DNA of 64,000 nucleotides, from the NCBI GenBank assembly GCA_041611735.1, contig JBFIML010000020.1, forward strand, positions 1 through 64,000. Reading direction: 5' to 3'. Numbering within the stretch: the first letter of the stretch is position 1; the number at the start of each line of letters is the position of its first letter. The notes beneath the pieces are model-generated. The model was not told the DNA's origin and searched no databases. It saw nothing but the letters and a program-made list of their open reading frames with translations. The translations under genes were made by a program, and so were the position numbers. This DNA is from Myxococcota bacterium. Its GTDB lineage: Bacteria; Myxococcota_A; UBA9160; PR03. Of the stretch, positions 10,866 to 19,783 are shown piece by piece.

Positions 10866-12199
10866 CGCCGACGGCCTACGAGCAGCACTGGAGCTCGGCC
10901 TTCGAGCGGCTGGAGGAGCAGCGAAGCGGCGAGCCCGCCTGGCTGCACGCCGCCCGCAAGGGCGCGATGGTGCGCTTCGTGGAGCTCGGCTTCCCGAGCC
11001 GGCAGCTCGAGGACTGGCGCTACACCAACGTGGCGCCCATTGCCAAGACGCCCTTCCGAAGCGCCGCGGCTCCGGAGCGCGCTCCCAGCCTGCCGGACCC
11101 GGAGCATCTGCCGGTCCCGCTGGGACACGATCGGCGTCTCGTGTTCGTGAACGGGCGGCCCTCGCCGGAGCTCTCCTCGCTGGCGGGCCTCGAGCCGCGG
11201 GCCCGGGTGGAGAGCCTGGCCCGGGTGCTGACCGCGGACCCGGGCCGCATCGAGGCGTACCTCGGACGCCTGGCCGCCCCGGAAGAGCAGGCCTTCGTGG
11301 CCCTGAACACGGCCTTCCTGGCCGACGGGGCCCTGGTGCACTTGCCCCGCGACGCCACCCTGGACGAGCCGATCTACCTGGCCTTCCTGTCCCATCCAGG
11401 CGCCGAGGCCAGTGCCACGCACCCGCGCGTGCTGGTGGTGGCCGAGCCCGGCAGCCGCGCCAGCGTGGTGGAGGTCTACGTGAGCCTGGCCGAAGGCGTC
11501 CACTTCACCAACGCGGTGACCGAGATCTTCGTGGGCGAGAACGCGCAGCTCGAGCACGTGAAGCTCCAGTGCGAGGACGACGCCGCCTTCCACGTGGGGA
11601 CGATCCAGGCCCGTCAGGAACGCGCCAGCCGCTTCGTCTCCTACTCCCTCTCTTTCGGCGCGGCCCTGACCCGCACCGACGTGAATGTGCTGCTGGCGGC
11701 GGAGGGAGCCGAGTGCGTCCTCAACGGTCTCTATGTGGGGACCGGAAACCAGCACGTGGACCACCACACCCGCATCGATCACGCCAGGCCCCAGGGGACG
11801 AGCCGCGAGCTGTACAAGGGGATCCTGGACGGCTCGGCACGTGGCGTCTTCAACGGGCGCATCGTGGTGCGGCCGGATGCCCAGAAGACCGACGCGCGCC
11901 AGAAGAACGACAACCTGCTGCTGGCTCCCGGCGCCGACGTGAACACGAAGCCCGTGCTCGAGATCCATGCCGACGACGTGAAGTGCAGCCACGGCTCGAC
12001 GGTGGGACACCTGGACGAGGACGCGCTCTTCTACCTGCGGTCGCGCGGGCTGCCCGAGCGGCAGGCGCGCGGACTCCTGACCCGCGGCTTCGCCACGGGC
12101 GTGACCCGGGAGATCGCGGATCCGCTGCTGCGAGCCGCCGTGGAGCGCCTGGTGGTGAAGCGCCTCGCCGCCACGCCCGCGGGCGGGAGGACGGCATGA
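10862..12199 (+). CDS. sufD: Fe-S cluster assembly protein SufD
   Basis: EDWRYT, FVNG, LEIHADDVKCSHG, LFYLRSRG. Confidence 0.95.
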   Translation: MTPTAYEQHWSSAFERLEEQRSGEPAWLHAARKGAMVRFVELGFPSRQLEDWRYTNVAPIAKTPFRSAAAPERAPSLPDPEHLPVPLGHDRRLVFVNGRPSPELSSLAGLEPRARVESLARVLTADPGRIEAYLGRLAAPEEQAFVALNTAFLADGALVHLPRDATLDEPIYLAFLSHPGAEASATHPRVLVVAEPGSRASVVEVYVSLAEGVHFTNAVTEIFVGENAQLEHVKLQCEDDAAFHVGTIQARQERASRFVSYSLSFGAALTRTDVNVLLAAEGAECVLNGLYVGTGNQHVDHHTRIDHARPQGTSRELYKGILDGSARGVFNGRIVVRPDAQKTDARQKNDNLLLAPGADVNTKPVLEIHADDVKCSHGSTVGHLDEDALFYLRSRGLPERQARGLLTRGFATGVTREIADPLLRAAVERLVVKRLAATPAGGRTA

Positions 12200-13464
12200 G
12201 GCCGGCGCAACCCGTCGTGGCCGGGAACGCCGCCAAGCCCCCGCTCACCGACCTCGAGGTCGAGCGGCTGCGGGCGGACTTCCCGATCCTGGGCCAGCGC
12301 ATCCACGGCAAGCCCCTCGTCTATCTGGACAACGCGGCCACCACACAGAAGCCCCACGCCGTCCTGGAGGCCGTGACCCGCTACTACGAGCGCGACAACT
12401 CGAACGTGCACCGCGGTGTGCACGCCCTCGGCGAACGGGCCACGGCGGACTACGAAGGCGCCCGCGAGCGGGTGCGCCGCTTCCTGAACGCACGCGAGGC
12501 GCGTGAGATCGTATTCACGCGGGGCACCACCGAATCGATCAACCTGGTGGCCGCGAGCTTCGGGGCCCGCCTCCGCGCGGGCGACGAGATCCTGATCACC
12601 CACATGGAGCACCACTCGAACATCGTGCCCTGGCAGCTCCTGGTGGAGCGGACGGGAGCGCGGCTGCGGGTGGTGCCGGTGAGCGACGCCGGGGCGCTCG
12701 ACCTCGCCGATTTCGAGCGTGGGATCGGGCCTCGCACGCGCATCGTGGCGGTGACGCACGTCTCGAACGTGCTCGGGACCGTGAACCCGGTGCACGACAT
12801 CGTGGAGCTGGCGCACCGGGAGGGAGTCCCGGTCCTGGTGGATGGCGCCCAGGCCCCGGCCCGCCTGCCCGTGGACGTGCAGGGGCTGGGCTGCGACTTC
12901 TACGCCTTCTCGGGCCACAAGCTCTACGGGCCCACGGGGATCGGCGTGCTCTATGGTCGCGCGGAGCTGCTGGACGGGCTCCCGCCCTACCAGGGCGGCG
13001 GCCAGATGATTGCCACGGTGAGCTTCGAGAAGACCACCTTCGCCGGCCTCCCGGCCCGCTTCGAGGCGGGCACGCCGAACGTGTCGGGGGCGGTGGGGCT
13101 CGCCGCAGCCATCGACTACGTGGATGCGATCGGAACGGATCGCATCGAGGTCCACGAGCGGGATCTCCTGGCCCGGGCCAGCGAGGCGGTGACATCGGTC
13201 CCCGGAGTGCGGGTGATCGGCACAGCGCGCGACCGCATCGGCGTGCTCTCCCTCGTCCTGGAGGGCGTGCACGCCCACGACGTGGGCACCATCCTGGACC
13301 ACGAGGGCGTCGCGATCCGGGCCGGCCACCACTGCGCCCAGCCCCTGATGGAGCGCTACGGCGTGCCAGCCACGACCCGCGCCTCCTTCGGGCTCTACAA
13401 CCGGCGCGAGGACGTGGAGGCCCTGGTGAGCGGCCTGCATCGGGTCGTCCAGGTATTCGGCTGA
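12196..13464 (+). CDS. sufS: Cysteine desulfurase SufS
   Basis: YLDNAATTQKP, MEHHSN, FSGHKLYGPTG, RAGHHCAQP; ATGA overlap with sufD. Confidence 0.96.
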   Translation: MRPAQPVVAGNAAKPPLTDLEVERLRADFPILGQRIHGKPLVYLDNAATTQKPHAVLEAVTRYYERDNSNVHRGVHALGERATADYEGARERVRRFLNAREAREIVFTRGTTESINLVAASFGARLRAGDEILITHMEHHSNIVPWQLLVERTGARLRVVPVSDAGALDLADFERGIGPRTRIVAVTHVSNVLGTVNPVHDIVELAHREGVPVLVDGAQAPARLPVDVQGLGCDFYAFSGHKLYGPTGIGVLYGRAELLDGLPPYQGGGQMIATVSFEKTTFAGLPARFEAGTPNVSGAVGLAAAIDYVDAIGTDRIEVHERDLLARASEAVTSVPGVRVIGTARDRIGVLSLVLEGVHAHDVGTILDHEGVAIRAGHHCAQPLMERYGVPATTRASFGLYNRREDVEALVSGLHRVVQVFG

Positions 13465-13907
13465 TGTCGGACGTGCGCGAGCTCTACCAGAGCGTGATCC
13501 TGGACCACTCGCGCAAGCCGAGGAACTTCCGGGAGCCGGAGCAAGCCAACCGCGAGGCGGAGGGGTTCAACCCCCTGTGTGGCGACAAGGTCAAGGTCTT
13601 CGTGAAGCTCGAGGACGACCGTCTGGAGGACGTGGCCTTCCAGGGCTCCGGCTGCGCCATCTCCACCGCCTCGGCCTCGCTCATGACCGAGGCGGTGAAG
13701 GGGCGGCGGCGCTCGGAGGCGGAGGCGCTCTTCCGGTGCTTCCGCGGGCTCGTGACCGGGGAGGCAGCGGATGCAGAGCAGCTCGGCAAGTTGACGGTGC
13801 TGGCCGGCGTGCGCGATTTCCCCATGCGTGTGAAGTGCGCCACCCTGGCCTGGCACGCCCTGTCCGCGGCCCTGGCGGACCGGAACGAGGTAATCTCCAC
13901 GGAGTGA
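13464..13907 (+). CDS. sufU: SufU/NifU-type sulfur transfer/scaffold protein
   Basis: LYQSVILDH, NPLCGD, GCAISTAS, RVKCATLAW. Confidence 0.94.
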   Translation: MSDVRELYQSVILDHSRKPRNFREPEQANREAEGFNPLCGDKVKVFVKLEDDRLEDVAFQGSGCAISTASASLMTEAVKGRRRSEAEALFRCFRGLVTGEAADAEQLGKLTVLAGVRDFPMRVKCATLAWHALSAALADRNEVISTE

Positions 13908-13915
13908 GGGAAGGC

Positions 13916-14287
13916 ATGGACGAGCACGCCACGAGCAACCGGCCCGAGAGTCCCGACCCGCAGTCCCCGCCGGAGCAGGGCAGCCCCGAGGCGATCCGCG
14001 CCGCCGTGATCGAGACGATCCGGGGCGTGTACGACCCGGAGATCCCCGTGAACATCTACGAGCTCGGCCTGATCTACGACCTCAGCGTGGACGAGGCCGG
14101 CGGCGTGGAGATCCGCATGACCCTCACCTCGCCGGCCTGCCCGGTGGCGGGCTCCTTGCCACCGGAGGTGGAGGCGAAGGTGGCCGCCCTCCCGGAGGTC
14201 ACGTCCGTTCACCTCGACCTGGTCTGGGACCCGCCCTGGAATCCCAGCATGATGTCCGAGGCCGCGCGCCTCGAGCTCGGTTTCTGA
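13916..14287 (+). CDS. sufT: DUF59/SufT-like Fe-S assembly protein
   Basis: VYDPEIPVNIYELGLIY, MTLTSPACP, WDPPW. Confidence 0.9.
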   Translation: MDEHATSNRPESPDPQSPPEQGSPEAIRAAVIETIRGVYDPEIPVNIYELGLIYDLSVDEAGGVEIRMTLTSPACPVAGSLPPEVEAKVAALPEVTSVHLDLVWDPPWNPSMMSEAARLELGF

Positions 14288-14307
14288 GCCGACCACTGCG
14301 CCGGACC

Positions 14308-15192
14308 ATGCCCCCCCGGCCGGACCGGACCGCGCCCACCGCGGCAGAGGCGCTCACGGTGGCGCTGGCCCGCTCCGTGGCGCGCGTGCTCGAGCACGAA
14401 GCCGGCGTGCGGCGCGGGGACGATGCGGAGGCCGTGCACCAGGCCCGCGTGGGCACACGCCGCCTGCGCTCGGATCTCGCCTCCTTCGATGCACTCCTGG
14501 ACCGAGACCGGGCGCGGGAGCTGCGGCGCGCGGTCCGGCCCCTGGCAAGTCGGCTGGGCACCGTGCGGGACGCCGAGGTCCTTCTGGCCCGCCTGCGCCA
14601 GCGGGTCCAGGAGCTCCCCGAGAAGGATCGGGTGACCGCGGGCCACCTGCTGCGGCGGCTGGAGTTCCAGCGCAGCCGCGAGCGCGTGGAGCTCCTGACC
14701 TTCCTGGACGGCGCCGAGTACCGGGCGCTGGTGGAGCAGCTGCGCCGGGCGGCAAGCCGTCCGGCGCTGGCACCGGCGAGCCGGGCGCCGGCCCGCGACG
14801 CGCTCCTGCCTCCGGTGCGGCGGCGCTGGAAGCGCCTGGCGGGCGCCGTGGCGGGTCTCGGCCCGACACCCGCCGCCAGCGAGCTGCACCGGGTGCGCAT
14901 CCTCGCCAAGCGCTGCCGCTACGCGGCCGAGGCGCTGATACCCGTCTTCGGGACTGCCTCCCGCGACTTCGCCCGCGCGCTGGCCCGCGCCCAGGACGTT
15001 CTCGGTGAGCATCAGGATGCTACCGTGATGCAGGGATGGCTCCGGGACGCGGGCGGCGACGCCCCCCCCGACGAGGCCTTCGTGGCCGGAGCGCTAGCCG
15101 CCCGCGAGGAGCGGGCCGCGGAGGAGGCGCGGGCGCGCTGGCCCGATGCATGGAAACGGGCATCCGCGCGCAAGCTGCGCCGATGGCTATGA
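14308..15192 (+). CDS. CHAD domain protein (polyphosphate binding)
   Basis: VHQARVGTRRLRS, LGTVRDAEV, LHRVRILAKRCRYAAE, QDVLGEHQD. Confidence 0.92.
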   Translation: MPPRPDRTAPTAAEALTVALARSVARVLEHEAGVRRGDDAEAVHQARVGTRRLRSDLASFDALLDRDRARELRRAVRPLASRLGTVRDAEVLLARLRQRVQELPEKDRVTAGHLLRRLEFQRSRERVELLTFLDGAEYRALVEQLRRAASRPALAPASRAPARDALLPPVRRRWKRLAGAVAGLGPTPAASELHRVRILAKRCRYAAEALIPVFGTASRDFARALARAQDVLGEHQDATVMQGWLRDAGGDAPPDEAFVAGALAAREERAAEEARARWPDAWKRASARKLRRWL

Positions 15193-15208
15193 GTCGCTCC
15201 GAGAGGGA

Positions 15209-16672
15209 ATGAAGCTCTACCTGGCACGCCACGCGAAGGCCAAGAAGCGCTCCCGCTGGGAGGCGGCGGATCCGCTGCGTCCGCTCACCAAGGCGGGCCG
15301 CCGTCAGGCCCAGGGCCTGCTCACCCTGCTGCAGGACGACCGTCTCGAGCGCATCGTGTCGAGCCCTCATCTGCGCTGCCGGGAGACCGTGGCGCCGCTG
15401 GCCAACGCGCGCGGCCTTCCGCTCGAGGTGGACGAACGCCTGGCGGAAGGCGAAGACCCCACCAAGGCGCTGGAGCTCGTGCGCGAGCTCGGCGCCGGGC
15501 CGGCGCTGCTGTGCAGCCATGGCGACGTGATCCCGCTCCTGCTCTGTGAGCTGGAGGAGCGCGGCCTCGAGCTGCGGGGCGAGCTCCGCTGCGAGAAGGG
15601 CTCCATCTGGCTGCTGGAGGGCGACGGCGGGGAGCCGCTGCGCGCCTCCTACCTGCCGCCCCCGGACAAGGAGCGCACGGCCGCCCCGCCCGAGCCGGAG
15701 GAGGATGGGGACGCGGAGGAGCTGCGCGTCGCGGTCCTGGACCTGGGCAGCACCTCGTTCACGCTGCTGGTGGCCGAGACGACGCCCGCCGGCCAGCTGG
15801 TTCCGGTGCTGCGCGAGCGCAGCATGCTGCGCCTCGGGGCCGCCATGGCAGGGGGCGGGCCGGTGCCCGAAGAGGTGGTCGCCCGTGCGGTGAAGGCGGC
15901 GCGGGCGCTGCGCAAGCAGGCCGTGGCGGCCCGGGCGGAGCGGCTGCTGCCGGTGGGCACCGCCGCCCTGCGCGATCCCGCGAATGGGCCGGTCCTGGCC
16001 CGGCGCCTGGGCAAGGCCCTGGATGCCCCGGTCCGCGTGCTGACCGGAGAGGAGGAGGCGCGGCTCATGTTCGCCGCCTTCCGCCGGCGCGTGGGCCTCG
16101 GGGAGGGGCGGGCCCTGGGCGTGGACCTGGGTGGGGGAAGTGTCGAGCTCGCCATCGGCGATGCTCGGGACGTGGTCTGGGAGACCACCCTGCCCCTTGG
16201 CGTGGTGCGCCTGCACGGGGAGCTGGTGCGCTCGGACCCCATGGCCCCCGAGGAGGCGGAGCTCCTGCGCCAGCGGGTGCGCGAGTGCCTGGCGCCGCTT
16301 CGCGCCAAGCTGGCGCGGCTAGCGCCCCGGGTCTGCATCGCGGCGGGCGGCACCGTCGGGGCGCTGGCCCGGCGCGTGGTGGCGCGGCGCGAGCTCCCCC
16401 CGGAAGCGCCCGTCAACCGGCTCTTCGTGCCGGCGGAGGAGCTGCGCCAGCTCACCGCCGAGCTGCTGCGCTCGACCCACGAGGAGCGGCTGCGCATGTC
16501 GAGCCTCTCGGCGCGGCGCGCGGACCTGATCCCGACCGGCGCCCTGGTGCTCTCCACCCTGGCCGACGAGCTCGCGCTCTCCGGCTGCACGGTGAGCGAC
16601 TGGGGCCTGCGGGAGGGGGTGATCCTCGAGCACCTGGGACTGGCGAGCGCGGACCGCCCCGCCCGGGCCTGA
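15209..16672 (+). CDS. Histidine phosphatase (SixA/MutT1-C-like) fused to Ppx/GppA exopolyphosphatase
   Basis: N-term LARHAKA...RPLT...SSPHLRC...CSHG; C-term VLDLGSTS, GTAALRD, GEEEAR, DLGGGSVE, GLREG. Confidence 0.85.
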   Translation: MKLYLARHAKAKKRSRWEAADPLRPLTKAGRRQAQGLLTLLQDDRLERIVSSPHLRCRETVAPLANARGLPLEVDERLAEGEDPTKALELVRELGAGPALLCSHGDVIPLLLCELEERGLELRGELRCEKGSIWLLEGDGGEPLRASYLPPPDKERTAAPPEPEEDGDAEELRVAVLDLGSTSFTLLVAETTPAGQLVPVLRERSMLRLGAAMAGGGPVPEEVVARAVKAARALRKQAVAARAERLLPVGTAALRDPANGPVLARRLGKALDAPVRVLTGEEEARLMFAAFRRRVGLGEGRALGVDLGGGSVELAIGDARDVVWETTLPLGVVRLHGELVRSDPMAPEEAELLRQRVRECLAPLRAKLARLAPRVCIAAGGTVGALARRVVARRELPPEAPVNRLFVPAEELRQLTAELLRSTHEERLRMSSLSARRADLIPTGALVLSTLADELALSGCTVSDWGLREGVILEHLGLASADRPARA

Positions 16673-16681
16673 AGCTCCCCT

Positions 16682-17554
16682 TCACCCCTCCTCCTCGAGC
16701 TCCCGGCGCATGGCTTCGAAGCGCGCATGCTCCTCGGCGGCCACGTCCGGGTATTCGAGCCCGAGGCCGCGCAGGCTCTCCACCAGGAGCTCCGCCACGC
16801 ACAGGCGCATCCACGGCTTGTCGTCGGCGGGGATCGCGTACCAGGGCGCCCAGGGCCGCGAGGTGGCGTTCAAGGCCTCCTCGTAGGCCTCCATGTAGTC
16901 GTCCCAGAAGCGCCGCTCGTGCACGTCGGCGGGCGAGAACTTCCAGTTCTTCTTGGCCTCGTCGATGCGAGAGAGGAAGCGGCGCCGTTGCTCCGGCTTC
17001 GAGACGTTCAGCCAGAACTTGAGCACCAGCATGCCGTTGCGGGCCAGATGCTTCTCGTGGTCGCGGATCGACTCGTAGCGCTGCTTCCAGAGCGCCTTGC
17101 GATCCAGGTCGGGCAGGCGCTGGCCGTCCAGGAACTCCGGGTGCACCCGGACCACCAGCACCTCCTCGTAGTAGCTGCGGTTGAAGATCCCGAAGCGGCC
17201 GCGTTCCGGCAGCCGCCGCGTGGTGCGCCATAGGAAGTCGTGGTCGAGCTCCTCGCGGCTCGGCGCCTTGAAGGAGAAGACCTGGCAGCCGGCGGGATTC
17301 ACGCCGGTCATGACCGCGCGGATCGTGCCGTCCTTGCCAGCGGCGTCGAGGGCCTGGAAGACCAGCAGCACGGCCCAGCGGTCGTCGGCGTACAGCTTGC
17401 GCTGGAGCTCGTAGAGCTCCTTGATGCACCGGGCGAGCCGCTTGCGGCAGGTCTTCTTGTCGGGCGCGTCCTGGGGCGGGCGGGTCGGGGCATCGGCGAT
17501 CCGGAAGGAGCCGTCCTCCGGCACCAGATAGGAACTCTTCACGGCCTGGAACAC
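16682..17554 (-). CDS. ppk2: Polyphosphate kinase 2 family (likely class III)
   Basis: QALDAAGKDGTI, SFKAPS, HDFLWR, FNRSYYEEVLVVRVHP, WKFS. Confidence 0.93.
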   Translation of the reverse strand: MFQAVKSSYLVPEDGSFRIADAPTRPPQDAPDKKTCRKRLARCIKELYELQRKLYADDRWAVLLVFQALDAAGKDGTIRAVMTGVNPAGCQVFSFKAPSREELDHDFLWRTTRRLPERGRFGIFNRSYYEEVLVVRVHPEFLDGQRLPDLDRKALWKQRYESIRDHEKHLARNGMLVLKFWLNVSKPEQRRRFLSRIDEAKKNWKFSPADVHERRFWDDYMEAYEEALNATSRPWAPWYAIPADDKPWMRLCVAELLVESLRGLGLEYPDVAAEEHARFEAMRRELEEEG

Positions 17555-17564
17555 GACGTCCTCC

Positions 17565-19223
17565 CTAGGCGGCCGCGTCGCCGGAACGCACGCCCTGCGC
17601 CGTCCGCTCCTCGGGGACGACCGTATCGAGGCCGCAAAGGTAGCGGGTCCCGCGCTCCGCCTGCTGGACCAGGCGCCGCACGTTGCTGAGCAGGTCGAGC
17701 TGGTCCACCAGATCGCGCACGGAGAGACGGCCCTGGGTGCCTGCCCGCAGCAGCTCCGCCTTGAGGCCCTGGTACTGCCCCTGGAGGCGCTCCAGCGCGT
17801 CGGCGCAGGCCTGGGGGGAATAGCCGGGCACGTCGAGGCCGGCTCCGTCCAGGAAGGCCGCCGCCGCGTCGCGGAAGCGGTCGACCTCCTGCGCCAGATC
17901 CTCGACCGGCGGGGGCTCGGCCTGGCGGCGGGCCTGGTCGATCGCCTCCGCCAGCTCCGCCACCTCCGCGTAGTAGCGGGAGACGCGCAGCGCGTTGGGA
18001 AGCACCTCGTCGAGCTCCGCCGGAAGGTGGCTGCGCCGCATCCGGCTCGAGAACTCGCCCACCTTCTCCACCAGCGCCTGGAGGGCGCTGCGGTCCGCGG
18101 CCAGGCGCGCCGGTGAAGCCGGCGTCGGCGCCAGGGCTCCCCGCCCCATGCGACGGGCGATGCTCCCCACCCGGGCCAGCTCCATGACGAGCGCGTGCAT
18201 GGCCAGCACCGGCGTGGCGACCACGTTCCGATCCAGGTAGCGCGGGCGCGCCTCGTCCTCCTCGGGGGTGCGGAAGCGCTGCTCGAGCACGCGGACCAGG
18301 AGGCCCGTGAAGGGCAGCAGCAGAGCCACCCCGAGCAGGTTGAAGAGCGTGTGGAAGCCCGCCAGCACCGCGGCGGGCTCGCTCTCCAGGGCCAGGAAAC
18401 GGCGCGCTGCCACGAGGCCGGCCAGCAGGAGCGGGAGCATCAGGAGCGCCACGAACCCGGTGATCCCGTTGAAGGCCACGTGGGCCGCGGCCACGCGCTT
18501 TGCGTTGGAGGTGGCGCCGATCACGGCCAGCGCGGCCGTCGAAGTGGTGCCGAGGTTGGCGCCGATCACCATGGCCGCCGCGGAGCCCAGGGGGACGACG
18601 CCCCCGCCTGCGGCCGTGAGCACCACCGCCAGGGCCGCGCTCGACGACTGCATGAGGAGCGTCAGCAGGAAGCCCGCGCCCGCGAAGAGCAGGGCACCGC
18701 CGACCCCCGTCGCACGGAAGGTGGGCAGGCCGCCGACTTCCAGACCGGCGAAGGTCGCCTTCAGCACGTCGATGCCCAGGAAGAAGATGCCGAAGCCGGC
18801 CAGGGCCTCGCCCAGCGGCGCGCGGCGTCCCCCGCCGCCCGTGAGCCGCAGCGCCATGCCCACACCGATGGCCGGCAGGGCGAAGGCCCGGACGTCTACC
18901 TGGAGCCCGATCCCGGCCACGAGCCAACCCGTCATGGTGGTGCCCACGTTGCTGCCGAAGATCACGGCCACCGCCTGGGCCAGGCTCATGAGCCCGGCGT
19001 TCACGAAGCCGATGGCGGCCACGGTGACGGCGCTCGAGGACTGGACGATCGCCGTGATGAGCGCCCCCGAGAGCACGCCGCGCAGTGGAGTGCGGGTCCA
19101 GCGCTCGAGGACCGTGCGCAGCGCCCGGCCCGCCGCCAGGCGCAGCCCATCGGTCATGAGACGCATGCCGAGCAGGAAGAGCCCGACGCCTCCCAGCAGG
19201 CCGGCCAGCGGCATCGCGCTCAA
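17565..19223 (-). CDS. Na/Pi cotransporter family protein (with PhoU-like C-terminus)
   Basis: GLFLLGM, two QSSS repeats, GSNVGTT / GANLGTT. Confidence 0.92.
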   Translation of the reverse strand: MSAMPLAGLLGGVGLFLLGMRLMTDGLRLAAGRALRTVLERWTRTPLRGVLSGALITAIVQSSSAVTVAAIGFVNAGLMSLAQAVAVIFGSNVGTTMTGWLVAGIGLQVDVRAFALPAIGVGMALRLTGGGGRRAPLGEALAGFGIFFLGIDVLKATFAGLEVGGLPTFRATGVGGALLFAGAGFLLTLLMQSSSAALAVVLTAAGGGVVPLGSAAAMVIGANLGTTSTAALAVIGATSNAKRVAAAHVAFNGITGFVALLMLPLLLAGLVAARRFLALESEPAAVLAGFHTLFNLLGVALLLPFTGLLVRVLEQRFRTPEEDEARPRYLDRNVVATPVLAMHALVMELARVGSIARRMGRGALAPTPASPARLAADRSALQALVEKVGEFSSRMRRSHLPAELDEVLPNALRVSRYYAEVAELAEAIDQARRQAEPPPVEDLAQEVDRFRDAAAAFLDGAGLDVPGYSPQACADALERLQGQYQGLKAELLRAGTQGRLSVRDLVDQLDLLSNVRRLVQQAERGTRYLCGLDTVVPEERTAQGVRSGDAAA

Positions 19224-19242
19224 GGGCGCTCCTCCGATCGGT

Positions 19243-19770
19243 TCAGCGTGGACTCCGCGCGGTCAGCAACGCGCGGTAGAGGCCGGCATCCTCCTCCCGG
19301 AAGCAGCAGAAGAGCACGCGCTTCGGCAGCTCGTGCCCGTCCAGCCACTCGGCCACCGTGCGCAGCGCGATCCGGGCCGCGTCCCGGGCGGGGTAGCGGT
19401 AGGCGCCGGTGCCGATGCAGGGGAAGGCCACGGTCTCCAGCTGGTTGCGCTCGACGAGCCGCAGCGACTCCCGGTAACACGAGGCGAGCAGCTCCGGCTC
19501 GCCGTGGCGTCCGTCGCGGTAGAAGGGGCCGACGCTGTGGATCACGTAGCGGGCGGGGAGCCCGTAGCCGCCCGTGACGCGGGCCTCGCCCGTAGGACAG
19601 CCGCCGATGCCGCGGCACTCCTCCAGAAGCTTCGGACCCGCCGCGCGATGGATGGCGCCGTCCACGCCGCCGCCGCCCAGGAGCGACGTGTTCGCCGCGT
19701 TCACGATGGCATCGATCGCGAGCTTCGTGATGTCGCCGACCACCACCTCCATGCGCGACGGCGTGGTCAC
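19243..19770 (-). CDS. Macrodomain O-acetyl-ADP-ribose deacetylase (YmdB-like)
   Basis: [42 protein letters not shown] before GTG 19770. Confidence 0.92.
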   Translation of the reverse strand: MTTPSRMEVVVGDITKLAIDAIVNAANTSLLGGGGVDGAIHRAAGPKLLEECRGIGGCPTGEARVTGGYGLPARYVIHSVGPFYRDGRHGEPELLASCYRESLRLVERNQLETVAFPCIGTGAYRYPARDAARIALRTVAEWLDGHELPKRVLFCCFREEDAGLYRALLTARSPR

Positions 19771-19783
19771 CGGGGCTCCTTCG

